This document shows positions 36,349 to 49,474 of a stretch of DNA of 64,000 bases, one piece after another (the first letter of the stretch is position 1; every line of letters begins with the position of its first letter). The stretch is from Okamejei kenojei (lineage: Eukaryota), in contig CM069155.1 of NCBI GenBank assembly GCA_035221665.1, forward strand, positions 29,760,001-29,824,000. Direction: 5' to 3'. A model generated the notes under the pieces. That model saw nothing but the letters and a program-made list of their open reading frames with translations. It had not been told where the DNA came from and did not search any database. The position numbers and the translations under genes are program-made.

Positions 36349-39300
36349 TTACCCAAATCCATAACATTCCATTTGGAGAAGTGGGTTTTTTTTTTGAGGA
36401 AGCCGCTGATTGGTGGAAGAGGACCCGAGGAAGCAGCTGATTGGGTGCAACCCCGGGTTTACAATTTTACATTTCTGCCTTCTGGGAGTGAGGGATTCTG
36501 GGAGTTAAGGATTCAGTATTTAGTAGTAAAGTTTAAAGGATAAGTTTTTGTGTTTTTTGTAATATTTAATACAGTGTAATTTGGGAGTAAGGTATGGCAG
36601 TAGAGATTGGCCCCGTGGTTTGTTCAGCCTGCAACATGTGGGAGATCAGGGAGATGGTCAGTGTCCCTGGTGACTACGTTTGCAGGAAGTGTGTCCAGCT
36701 GCAGCTCCTGTCACCTACGGGAGGACCGGAAGGCAGGCAGAGGGACGTGGAAGTTAAACACGAAACTGTTGACCCCAGAGAATGTCGAGGAGCTAAAGAG
36801 GGACTACGCATGTTGGAGAATGGTGAAGCCCCTCTTTGACTCCCCCACACTCTGGTGGGAAGCAACCAAGGAGAACATTAAGAGGTTCTTCATAATTAAA
36901 GGGGTTCAGAGAGCAAGACAGAGTCAGAGGGAATTGTGCCAACTCCAGACAGATTTGCAGCAACTGCTCCTTCTGCAGTCGAGCGGGGTGGATGTGAGGG
37001 AGGAACTTAGAGAGTTGAGGGGACCGGCAAGCTCAGCTCTTCACCTCTGAATCCTCCAAGATCATCTTCCGATCTAGGGTCCGCCATGTGGAGCAGGATG
37101 AGACGTGCTCACGTTTTTTCTCTTCCATAAGGTTCACAGGGGGAGTTCTGTGATGAACAGCCTTAGGGAGGAGGACGGCACGGTAGCATCCTCACAGACA
37201 GACGTGCTGAGGATCTGCAAATCCTTTTACACAGATTTGTATGACCAAAAGACCACAGACAGTACCTCCTCCCAGAACTTCCTGTCCTCAATCACGGAGG
37301 TCTTGGAGGACAGCAAGCGGGAGAGTCTGGACCAACCACTGACCCTAGAGGAGCTGACTGGCTCCATCCGTTCCTTTGACTCGAATAAAACTCCCGGAAG
37401 CGATGGCTTACCGGCTGAGTTGTATTTGGCTCTGTGGGACTGGATGGGCCCGGACCTGCTAGAAGTGTACAACAACATGCTTCTGGCTGGTAGCATGTCA
37501 GACTCCATGAGGAAGGGCAACATCACCCTAATCTACAAGCAGAAGGGGGAGATGAAGGACATAAAGAATTGGAGACCCATAACACTCTTGAATGTGGACT
37601 ACAAGATCCTGTCCAAGGCCATCGCCAACCGGGTCAAGTCTGCTCTGGGACAGGTGATCCACCCGGACCAAACCTGTGCTGTACCTGGCAGGAAAATCTC
37701 AGACAGCCTAGCGCTGCTGAGAGATACCATCGCCTACGTGCAGGACAGATGGGTGGATGCCTGCCTAGTCAGCTTGGACCAGGAGAAGGCCTTCGACAGG
37801 ATTTCGCACACGTACATGAGGGACGTGCTCTCCAAAATGGGTTTTGGGGAGGGAATCAGAAATTGGATCAAACTGCTCTACACCAACATCCGTAGTGCAG
37901 TCCAAATCAATGGGTGGGAATCAGACAGTTTCCCTGTAAGGTCTGGAGTCAGGCAGGGTTGCCCTCTCTCTCCTGTCTTGTTTGTCTGCTGTATTGAACC
38001 TTTTGCTGAATCCATCAGGAAGGATGCTGGCATAAGAGGAGTGACATTGCCAGGCAGTGGGGGCATTCAAGTAAAGACCTCCCTGTACATGGACGATGTC
38101 GCTGTCTTCCGCTGGGATCCAGGGTCGGTTCGCAGACTGATTAGTATCTGCGACCAGTTTGAGTCGGCCACGGGAGCCAGGGTGAACCGCAGGAAGAGCG
38201 AGGCCATGCTCTTTGGCAACTGGCCCGACAGATCTTCCGTCCCCTTCACCATCAAGCCTGACTTCTTGAAGGTGCTGGGATCTGGTTTGGGGGTGCTGAG
38301 GCATGTAACAAAAATTGGCTGGAGCGGATAGCCAGGGTGGGGAGGAAGCTGGAGCTGTGGAGGCAACGCTCCCTCTCCATAACGGGAAAGAATTTGGTCA
38401 TCAGGTGTGAGGTGCTCTCGGGGCTGCTGTACTTGGCACAAGTGTGGCCTGTCCCTCCCTCATACGCCACAGGGATCACCCGGCCATCTTCCACTTCATC
38501 TGGAGGTCGAGGATGGACCGGGTGCGATGGGCTACAATGTATAAGTCGGCAGACAACGGGGGTAAAAGCGTGCCCAACGTCGCCCTCATTCTGATGGCCA
38601 CCTTCGTGTGTGGCTGCATCAGGCGGAGTGTAGAGCCAAGGCACGTGGCACCAAGTGTCACTACCTGCTGAGGTTCTACCTGTCCCCGGTGTTGAGAAGG
38701 ATGGGCCTGGCGCAGGTGCCACGCAATGTGCCAGTCAGCTGGACATTGCCGCCCCATCTGTCGTCGGTGGAAGGGTTCTTCCGGACCAACACCTTTGACC
38801 ACATGTCCATCGGGCAGTGGTCAGCACAGAATGTCCTGCAGGCACTGCAGGGAAAGGACTCTATGGACCCGGTGGCGTGGTTCCCTGAGCAGACTGCCCA
38901 GCTTGTCTGGCAAAATGCCTCATCGCCAGAACTCACCAACAAGCACCAAGACCTGGCTTGGCTGGCGGTGAGGGGAGCCCTCCCAGTCAGATCCTTCCTG
39001 CACCGTCGGAACCTCACTACCACGCACGCTGCCCTCGGGACGGCTGCTATGGCGAGGAGACGGTTGCCCACCTCTTCACAGAGTGTGGGTTTGCTAAAAG
39101 AGTCTGGAGAAAAATGCAAGGTCCCTGGTACGCTTTAATCCCGAACAGCTCCGTCACAGAGGACTCTGTGATTTACGGACTGTTCCCAGGGACACATTCA
39201 GAGACTGACATCGAGTGCTGCTGGAGGGTCATCAACTCGGTAAAAGACGCCCTTTGGTCTGCCCGAGCATTGTTCACCACCCAGCAGAGCGAGATGTCCG

Positions 39301-42300
39301 TCAGGGAATGTTGCCGACTGGCCCGCTGCAGACTGCAGGAGTACGTGCTGAGGGACGCACTGAAGCTCGGTGCAGCCAACGCCAAGGCTCGGTGGGGGAG
39401 GGCCACAGTCTAAGGCCCTTCCGCTGCTGGACATGGGGGGTACAGTATTGTGGAGACGCCCCTCAATATAAGGGAAGGTATCCCACGCCATTGTGGCATG
39501 AGTGGGGGACTGATTTGTGGAAACTTGGGAAAAAGAAAATGTCTAAACTGTATTGATCTATTGTACAGCCTCCGAAAATGTCGGATGGATTTTCCGCAAG
39601 GTTAATGTATTGTATATATTTATCATTCGAATAAAGTATATTTTGAAATATAAAAAAAAAAAAAGCATTGAACGATTGGAACTGCGGCTGGATTCATACT
39701 GGAGCATCCACGATGCGGAGAAAGTCGTGGATAGCACGTACAGTGAGTTGGTCACACCGCAGGCAAACGGTAAGAGGACAAGAAGGGAACGGGTGGCCAA
39801 TAGCCAGCAAAGCAGTAGGCAGGTAGTGCAGGAGTCCCCTGCGGTCATCTCCCTCCTAAACAGGTATACCATTTTGGATACTGTTGAGGGAGATGGCTCA
39901 TCAGGGGAATGCAGCAGCAGCCAGGTTCATGGCACCATGGGTGGCTCTGCAGCACATGAGGGGGGAAAAAAGAGGGGAAGGGCAATAGTAATAGGGGATT
40001 CAATTGTCAGGGGAATAGATAGGCGTTTCTGCGGCCGCAAACGAGACTCCAGGATGGTATGTTGCCTCCCTGGTGCAAAGGTCAGGGATGTCACTGAACG
40101 GCTGCAGAACATTCTGGAGGGGGAGGGTGAACAGCCAGTTGTCGTGGTGCATGTTGGCACCAACGATATAGGTAAAAAAAAGGGATGAGGTCCTACAAGG
40201 TGAATTTAGGGAGCTAGGAGATAAACTTAAAAGTAGGACCTCAAAGGTAGTAATCTCCGGATTACTACCAGTACCACGGGCCAGTCAGAGTAGAAATAGG
40301 AGGATAATGCAAATGAATACGTGCTTGAAAAGTGGTGCAAGGGGGAGGGATTCAAATTTTTAGGGCACTGGGACCAGTTCTGGGGGAGGTGGGACCAGTA
40401 CAAACAGGACGGTTTTGCACCTGGATTGGAATGGAACCAATGTTCTTGGGGGTGTTTTGCTAGTGCTGTCGGGGAGGATTTAAACTAATGTGGCAGGGGA
40501 TGGGTACAAGAGCAGAGAGGCAGGAGGGTGTAAAATGAGGGTAGAAGCATTAGGTAGCAAGGTGAAAAGTAAAAGTGGCAGGCAGACAAAACCAAGGCAA
40601 AAATCAAAAAGGGCCACTTTTCAGCAAAATTGTATTAGGGGTAAGTGCGTTGTAAAGACAAGCCTGAAGGCTTTGTGTCTCAATGCAAGGAGTATTCGTA
40701 ATAAGGTGGACGAGTTGAACGTGCAGATAGATATTAATGATTATGATATAGTTGGGATCACGGAGACATGGCTCCAGGTGACGTCGGCTGGGAGCTGAAC
40801 ATCCAGGGATATTCAATATTCAGGAGGGATAGAGAGAAAGGAAAAGGAGGTGGGGTAGCGTTGCTGGTTAGAGAGGAGATTAACGCAATGGAAAGGAAGG
40901 ACATTAGCTTGGAGGATGTGGAATCGGTATGGGTAGAGCTACAAAACACTAAGGGGCAGAAAACGCTGTGGGTGTTGTGTACAGGCCACCTAACAGTAGC
41001 AGAGAAGTTGGGGATGGTATCAAACAGGAAATTAGAAATGCGTGCGACAAAGGCAAAACAGTTATAATGGGTGACTTCAATCTACATATAGATTGGGTTA
41101 ATCAAATTGGCAGGGTGCTGAGGAAGAGGATTTTTTGGAATGTATGCGGGATAGTTATCTAAATCAACGTGTAGAGGCACCAACGAGAGAGCAGGCTATT
41201 TTAGACTGGTTTTGAGTAATGAGGAAGGGGTAATTAGCCGTCTTGTTGTACGTGCCCCCTTGGGCAAGAGTGACCATAATATGGTTTGAGTTCTTCATTA
41301 GGATGGAGAGTGACATTGTTAATTCAGAAACAATGGTTCTGAACTTAAAGAAAGGTAACTTTGAGGGTATGAGACGTGAATTGGCCAAGATTGACTGGCA
41401 ATTAATTCTAAAAGGGTTGACGGTGGATATACAATGGAAGACATTTAAAGACTGCATGGATGAACTACAAAAATTGTTCATCCCAGTTTGGCAAATGAAT
41501 AAATCGGGGAAGGTAGTGCATCCGTGGATAACAAGGGAAATCAGGGATAGTATCAAAGCAAAGGATGATGCGTACAAAGTAGCCAGAAAAAGCAGCATAC
41601 CAGAGGACTGGGAGAAATTCAGAGACCAGCAGAGGAGACAAAGGGCTTAATTAGGAAAGGAAAAATAGATTATGAAAGAAAACTGGCAGGGAACATAAAA
41701 ACTGACTGCAAAAGTTTTTATAGATATGTGAAGAGAAAGAGGTTAGTTAAAACAAATGTAGGTCCCTTGCAGTCAGAAACAGGTGAGTTGATCATGGGGA
41801 ACAAGGATATGGCGGGCCAATTGAATAACTACTTTGGTTCCGTCTTCACTAAGGAAGACATAAATAATCTGCCTGAAATAGCAGGGGACTGTGGGTCAAA
41901 GGAGGAATTGAGTGAAATCCAGGTCAGTCGGGAAGTGGTGTTGGGTAAATTGAATAGATTAAAGGCCGATAAATCCCCAGGCCAGATAGGCTGCATCCCA
42001 GAGTACTTAAGGAAGTAGCTCAGGAAATAGTGGATGCATTAGTGATAATCTTTCAAAACTCTTTAGATTCTGGAGTAGTTCCTGAGGATTGGCGGGTAGC
42101 AAATGTAACCCCTCTTTTTAAGAAGGGAGGGAGAGAGAAAACGGGGAATTACAGACCAGTTAGTCTAACATCGTAGTGGGAAAACTGCTAGAGTCAGTTA
42201 TTAAAGATGGGATAGCAGCACATTTGGAAAGTGGTGAAATCATTGGACAAAGTCAGCACGGATTTACAAAAGGTAAATCATGTCTGACGAATCTTGTGGA

Positions 42301-43529
42301 ATTTTTCGAGGATGTAACTAGTAGCGTGGATAAGGAGAACCAGTGGATGTGGTATATCTGGACTTCCAGAAGGCTTTCGACAAGGTCCCACATAAGAGAT
42401 TAGTATACAAACTTAAAGCATACGGTATTAGGGGTTCAGTATTGATGTGGATAGAGAACTGGCTGGCAAACAGGAAGCAAAGAGTAGGAGTAAACAGGTC
42501 ATTTTCACAATGGCAGGCAGTAACTAGTGGGTACCGCAGGGCTCAGTGCTGGGACCCCAGCTATTTACAATATATATTAATGATCTGGATGAGGGAATTG
42601 AAGGCAATATCTCCAAGTTTGCGGATGACACTAAGCTGGGGGCAGTGTTCGCTGTGAGGAGGATGCTAGGAGACTGCAAGGTGACTTGGATAGGCTGGGT
42701 GAGTGGGCAAATGTTTGGCAGATGCAGTATAATGAATGGGATAAATGTGAGGTTATCCACTTTGGTGCAAAAACAGAAAGCAGACTATTATTTAAATGGT
42801 GGCCGATTAGGAAAAGGGGAGATGCAGCGAGACCTGGGTGTCCATGGTACACCAGTCATTGAAAGTAGGCATGCAGGTGCAGCAGGCAGTGAAAAAAGCA
42901 AATGGTATGTTAGCTTTCATAGCAAAAGGATTTGAGTACAGGAGCAGGGAGGTTCTACTTCAGTTGTACAGGGTCTTGGTGAGACCACACCTGGAGTATT
43001 GCGTACAGTTTTTGGTCTCCAAATCTGAGGAAGGACATTATTGCCATAGAGGGAGTGCAGAGAAGGTTCACCAGACTGATTCCTGGGATGTCAGGACTGT
43101 CTTATGAAGAAAGACTGGATAGACTCGGTTTATTGAGAGGGGATCTTATAGAAACTTACAAAATTCTTAAGGGGTTGGACAGGCTAGATGCAGGAAGATT
43201 GTTCCCGATGTTGGGGAAGTCCAGGACAAGGGGTCACAGCTTAAGGATAAGGGGGAAATCCTTTAAGACCGAGATGAGAAAGACTTTTTTCACACAGAGA
43301 GTGGTGAGTCTCTGGAACTCTCTGCCACAGAGGGTAGTTGAGGCCAGTTCATTGGCTATATTTAAGTGTGAGTTGGATGTGGCCCTTGTGGCTAAGGGGA
43401 TCAGAGGGTATGGAGAGAAGGCAGGTACGGGATACTGAGTTGGATGATCAGCCATGATCATATTGAATGGCGGTGCAGGCTCGAAGGGCTGAATGGCCTA
43501 CTCCTGCACCTAATTTCTATGTTTCTATG
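36062..43529 (+). mobile_element. Full-length CR1 LINE (repeat 5' UTR, zinc finger + SGNH esterase ORF1, APE-RT ORF2) with nested Tx1
   Basis: ORF1 CSACNMW...CRKC at 36594 resumes at 39665 (ERLELRLD...GDSIVRG...HVGTND); ORF2 has LNARSIRNK, GDFN, KAFDKV and FADD; (TTTCTATG)2 tail; ATGA shared at both junctions; empty site near 21450. Confidence 0.93.
36711..39664 (+). mobile_element. 5'-truncated Tx1-clade LINE inserted in CR1 ORF1
   Basis: GRGTWKLN, KTPGSDGLPAE, NWRPITLLNVDYKIL, LDQEKAFDRI, GVRQGCPLSP, YMDD and a C-terminal CPRDGC...ETVAHLFTEC motif; AATAAA 39630-39635; poly(A) 39652-39664. Confidence 0.9.
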
Positions 43530-44021
43530 ATCCTGTACTTGGTTAAATAACTCCCATATGCTAGCTGTGGATATGCTCAATAACAACTGCTCACAAGCTC
43601 CTGCCTAATGACATTTTAATCTGTTTTGCTTCTGTAAACATCCAGACCAATCCTTATCCAAGCCAATATTAAACCTTGTAAAGTTGTGGTCACTATCCCC
43701 AAGTGCTCTTCCAGCATACCATCAGTCACCTGGCCAAGCTCATTTCCCAACACAAGGTGCAGTATCGTCCCTCCCGGATTCAGACTATCCATACACCGTT
43801 TAAGGCAAATTTCTTGGATATACTTCATAAATTCTGCCTCATTTAACCCCCTTGCACTGAACATAAAACAGTCAATATTGGGGAAGTTAACCATACGCAC
43901 TACAACAACACTGTAGTCCATGCATCTGTTTGCGTATCCGATCCATCTTCCGCTGATTATTTGGTGTCCCATAATATAATCCCATTGGAGAGACTGTTCC
44001 TTTGTTATTTTTAAGCACAAC

Positions 44022-47000
44022 TTCCTGTTTGGAAGAAACAGCAGCAAAGAGAAGCAGGAAAAAGCACTGATTGGCTCTAGCCCGAGTGGGAGGAGCGTTA
44101 GAAGTTAGTCAGCGGGGGAAAACAGTTGAAAAGGAGAGGCAAAGCACAGGCAGACTTAACTCACAGCTCCCGTGGGTTTTGATGAAACTGCAGCAAAGAG
44201 AAGAAGGGAAAAGCACTGATTGACTCTAGCCCGAGTGGGAGGCGAGTTAGAAGTGAGTCAGAGGGGTGAAACAGTTGAAAAGGAGATACAAAGCACAGGC
44301 AGACTTAATTCAGAGCTCCCGTGGATGTTGCAGAAACAGCAGCAAAGAGAAGCAGGAAAAAAGCACTGATTGGCTCTAGCCTGAGTGGGAGGAGAGTTAA
44401 GTCATTCAGAGGGGAAACGGTTGAAAATGAGAGGCAAAGCACAGGCAGACTTAACTCAGAGCTCCCGTGGATGTTTCAGAAACAGCAGCAAAGAGAAGCA
44501 GGAAAAAGCACTGATTGGCTCTAGCCCATGTGGGATGAGAGTTAGAAGTGAGTCAGAGGGGGAAAACAGTTTAAAACTGAGGAATTTGGTTTGTAAATTG
44601 GTAAATTAGGCAATTTATCAGTCAATATAAGCATGACGACTCTTAGGGAGCGGTAGTGAGGGAGCGGCCTTGTGGGTAAAGTGTGAGACTTTGGCTCGAG
44701 AGGCTTCGGAGAGGAGGCTACCAATCAAGGTTGAGAGGATGGAACACGGTGAACACATGTCATGGAAGATGAGACAGTGTGACGCTTGCAGAATGTGGGA
44801 GCCCAGGGACACAGATGGAGCCTCTGGCTGCTACTACTGTGGCAAGTGCGTTCAGCTTCAGCTCCTAAAGGACCGTGTTGAGGCACTGGAGAAGCAGCTG
44901 GATAACCTCAGGGCCATCCGGGAACATGAGAGTTTCCTGGACAGGACCTATAGTGAGATAGTCACGCCGAGGATACGGGAAGAACCAAGGTGTGTGATGG
45001 AGAGAAAGTGTGGAAATCGTGGAGTGCAGAAGGCCCAGGTGGCTGTGCCTAATGAAAACAGGCACGCCCTCTTGGGAAATGTCCGGGGAGATTATGTTTC
45101 CAGTCCGAGCGGCGGACACGTCAGTGGCTCCAATCCTGGAGATGGCTCGACCGGCGAGACCCACGTCGGGCGGAGCCCTAGTGGTGGGTGACGCCTTTGT
45201 CCGAGGAGTGGACAGGAGATTCTGTGGCAGCAGACAAGATGCGAGGATGGTCTGTTGCCTCCCTGTGCCAGGGTTCAGGATGTCGTGAGCCGAATTCTGA
45301 ACATCCTCGAGAGAGAAGGTGAACAGCCGGCAGTGGTTGTGCACACAGGCACAGACGACATCGGGTAGAAGAGGAAGGAGATTCTCCAACATGACTTCAG
45401 AGAGTTGGGAAGAAGACTGAAATGTCGGACTTCTAGTGTGGTTATCTCTGGATTGCCTCCAGTACCACGTGCTAGTGAGGACAGGAACAGCGAGATAGGG
45501 GATCTGAATGTGTGGCTGAGGGACTGGTGCAGAGAGCAAGGATTTAGATTTATAGACCACTGGCATCTCTTCTGGGGTAGGGGTGACCTGTACAAAAGGG
45601 ATGGGTTACACCTTAACTGGAGGGGGACCGACAATCTGGCAGGCAGGTTTGCTAGGCCTACATGTGTGGGTTTAACCTAAATAGTGGGGGGGAGGGATTG
45701 ACAAATTGGGAGTATAAAGATGGAGTTGAAGAGGAAGTGGCTACAGGAAAAATTACAAAAGATGCTCGAATTAATGGGAAGGAAAGCTTGAGAATGGAAA
45801 ACATAGTAAGGTCATGGCCAATTGCATGCGGTGCGAGGGGGGAAGTGAATACGGAGGTCAAAGTACTGCATATGAATGCACGAAGTATAAGGAATAAAGT
45901 GGACGAGCTTGAGGCTCAGTTAGAAACTGGCAAGTATGATGTTGTGGGAATTACTGAGACATGGCTGCAAGAGGGCCAGGGCTGGGAACTGAATATTCAA
46001 GGTTATACCTCTTATCGAAAAGACAGACAGTTGGGCAGAGGGGGTGGGGTTGCCCTGCTGGTGAGGAATGAAATTCAGTCCCTTGAAAAGGGTGACATTG
46101 AAACAGGAGATGTGGAGTCAGTATGGATAGAACTATGGAATTGTAAGGGTAAAACAACCCTAATGTGCCTAATCTACAGGCCCCCAAACAGTAGCCTGGA
46201 CATAGGGCGCAAGTTGAATCAGGAGTTAAAATTGGTATGTAGTAAAGGTAATGCTGTGGTTGTTATGGGAGATTTCAACATGCAGGTAGACTGGGAAAAT
46301 CATGTTGGTACTGGACGCCAAGAAAAGGACTTTGTAGAGTGCCTTCGTGATGGATTCTTTGAACAGCATGTATTGCAGCCTACCAGGGAGAAGGCAATTC
46401 TGGATTTAGTGTTATGTAATGAACCGGATTTGATAAAGGACCTCGAAGTTAATGAGCCCTTAGGAGGCAGTGACCATAACATGGTCAGGTTTAATCTACA
46501 ACTCGAGAGGGAGAAGAGTAGATCGGAGGTGTCAGTGTTGCAGTTGAATAAAAGGGACTATGGGGCGATGAGGGAGGAGCTGGCCAAAGGAGACTGGAAA
46601 GATACACTAACAGGGATGACAGTGGAACAAAAATGGCAGGTGTTTCTAGGAATAATACAGAAGGTGCAGGATCAGTTCATTCCTAGGAGGAAGAAAGATG
46701 CCAAAGGGATAAAGGGACGACCATGGCAGACAAGGGATGTCAGGGACAGTATAAAAATTAAACCGAAGAAGTACAACGTAGCAAAGATGAGCGGGAAGCA
46801 AGAGTATTGGGTAATGTTTAAAGAACAACAGAAGATAACCAAAAAGACAATACTGGGAGAATAGATGAGGTACGAAGGTAAGCAAGCCAAGAATATAAAA
46901 CAGGATAGTAAAAGCCTCTTTAGGTATGTGAAGAGAAAAAAATTAGTTAAGACCAAAGTTGGACACTTGAAGACTGAAAAAGCTGAATTTATTATGGGGA

Positions 47001-48508
47001 ACAAGGAAATGGCAGATGAGTTGAACAGGTACTTTGGATCTGTCTTCACTAAGGAGGACACAAACAATCTTCCTGATATAGAAGTGGCCAGAGGATTTGG
47101 GGTGACTGAGGAACTGAAGGAAATATACATTAGACAGGAAATTGTGTTGGATACACTGACGGGCTGAAGGCTTATATATCCCCAGGGCCTGCTGGTCTGC
47201 ATCTCCGGGTACTTAAGAAAGTGGTTCTAGAAATCGTGGATGCATTGGTGATAATTTTCTAATGTTCTATAGACTCAGGATCAGTTCCTGTGGATTGGAG
47301 GGTAGCTAATGTTATCCCACTTTTTAAGAAAGGTGGGAGAGAGAAAACGGGGAATTATAGACCAGTTAGCCTGACATCGGTGGTGGGGAAGATGCTGGAG
47401 TCAATTATAAAAGATGGGATAGCCGAACATTTGGATAGCAGTAACAGGATCGGTCCGAGTCGGCATGGATTTACGAAGGGGAAATCATGCTTGACTAATC
47501 TTCTGGAATTTTGTGAAGATGTAATAGTAAAATAGACACGGGAGAGCCTGTGGATGTAGTGTGCTTGTAACATTAGCAAATTTGCAGATGACTCAAAGCT
47601 GGGTGGCAGTGTGAACTGTGACGAGGATGCTATGTGAATACAGGGTGACTGGGACAGATTGGGGGAGTGGGCAGATGCATGTCAGATGAAGTTTAATGCA
47701 GATAAAAGTGAGGTTATCCACTTCGGTAACAAAAACAGGAAGGCAGATTACTATCTAAATGGCGTCAGGTTGGGAAAAGGGGAAGTACAACGGGATCTGG
47801 TGGTCCTTGTACATCAGTCTATGAATGTAAGCATGCAGGTACAGCAGGCAGTTAAGAAAGCGAATGGCATGTTTAACTTTATGACAAGAGGAATCGAATA
47901 TAGGAGCAAAGTCCTTCTGCAGTTGTACGGAGCCCTAGTGAGACCACACCTGGAGTATTGTGTGCAGTTTTAGTCCCCTAATTTGAGGAAGGACAGTCTT
48001 GCTATTGAAGGAGTGCAGCGTAGGTTTACAAGGTTAATTACCGGGATGGCGGGACTGTCATATCCTGAGAGAATAGAGCAGCTAGGGTTGTACACTATGG
48101 AGTTTAGAAGGATGAGTGGGTGTCTCATTGAAACATATAAGATTGCGTAAGGGCTTGGACACGCTAGAGGCAGGAATCATGTTCCCAATGTTGGGGGAGT
48201 CCAGAACCAGGTGCCACAGTTTAAGTATAAGGGGTAAGGCATTTAGAACGCAGACAAGGAAACACTTTTTCTCACAGAGAGTGGTGACTCTGTGGATTTC
48301 GCGGCCTCAGAGGGTGGTGGAGACAGGTTCTCTGGATGCTTTCAAGAGAGAGCTAAATAGGGCTCTTACAAATTGCGGAGTCAGGGGATATGGGGAGAGG
48401 GCAGGTACGGGGCACTGATTGGGGATGATCAGCCATGATCACATTGAATGGCGGTGCTTGCTCGAAGGGCCGAGTGGCCTACTCCTGCACCTATTGTCTA
48501 TTGTCTAT
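44022..48508 (+). mobile_element. Near full-length CR1 LINE of a second family, degenerate, with an internal RT deletion
   Basis: ORF1 CDACRMW...CGKC plus esterase; APE ORF 45662-46864; RT jumps from DVV to NISKFADD at ~47566; (CTATTGT)n tail. Confidence 0.92.
44035..44577 (+). repeat. About 3.7 x ~149-bp tandem repeat in the CR1 5' UTR
   Basis: Monomers start at 44035, 44184, 44333 and 44479; each carries CTGATTGG or a variant. Confidence 0.9.
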
Positions 48509-49474
48509 AAAGCTGTTTGTTAAATTGTGTCAAAGAGGGGTGCCTATATACATTTGTGTGAATTCTGGTTTACTGGTATGCCCACCAGACTATGCAAATA
48601 AAATGGGGCAATAGGGTCTCCCACCTTTTGGGGTTAGCAATGGTGTTAGACAAGGGGGAGTTTTGTTCCCAGTCCTTTTTAATGTTTATATTGATGATCT
48701 GTCCAAGCAACTGAAAGCCTGTAATACTGGGTGCATCATTGGTAATATTTTAGTGAACCATATTATGTACGCAGATGATCATGTGGTCTTTAGTCCATCT
48801 AGCGCTGGTCTCCTGCAGCTCCTTGCTATATGTTCTGTGTATGGTGTGGAACATGATATTAAATATAATGCTTGTAAGAATTATGTTATGTTCTGAAGAA
48901 CCAAAGAAGTTAAATGTCTAAAATGTCCTGATTTTAAATTGTCTGACAATAATCTTAGTGTCTGTAATAAGGTAAAATATCTTGGGCATTTGATGGCAGA
49001 ACAAATGACAGATTATGAGGATATTTATAGGCAATGGCACATGCTGTATGTACAGGCGAATATTCGCTTGCGTAAGTTTGGAGCCTGTACAGACGTGGTG
49101 AAGATGTTGCTGTTTGGAGCATGTTGCACACCACTCTACACTGCGCATCTGTGGTCGAACTACGGAAAGACAAGTTTACAGAGACTAAAGGTGCCCAATA
49201 ATAATGCCATGAGAACACTGCTAAGGAAACGTGGATGGTGTACTACTAATAACATGTTTGCGGCGTCAGGAGTCAGTACTTTAAAAGCTATCCTAAGAAA
49301 TCATATGTATAAATTCATTTGCAGGATAAATGACTCGAAAAATGTAATTATCGTGGCCTTGTCAAATATAAGGTATAGCACTGCACGCTACGAATCCCAG
49401 TTGTGGAGACATTGGTATGGCTGTCTCGTTGTAGGACATCGATCTTTTATATTCTGGATTTTAAATCATGTATT
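48509..49474 (+). mobile_element. Same RTE-X-like retrotransposon, copy 3, truncated at both ends by the CR1 and DIRS events
   Basis: ORFs 48663-48896 and 48939-49502 are homologous to copies 1 and 2. Confidence 0.8.
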
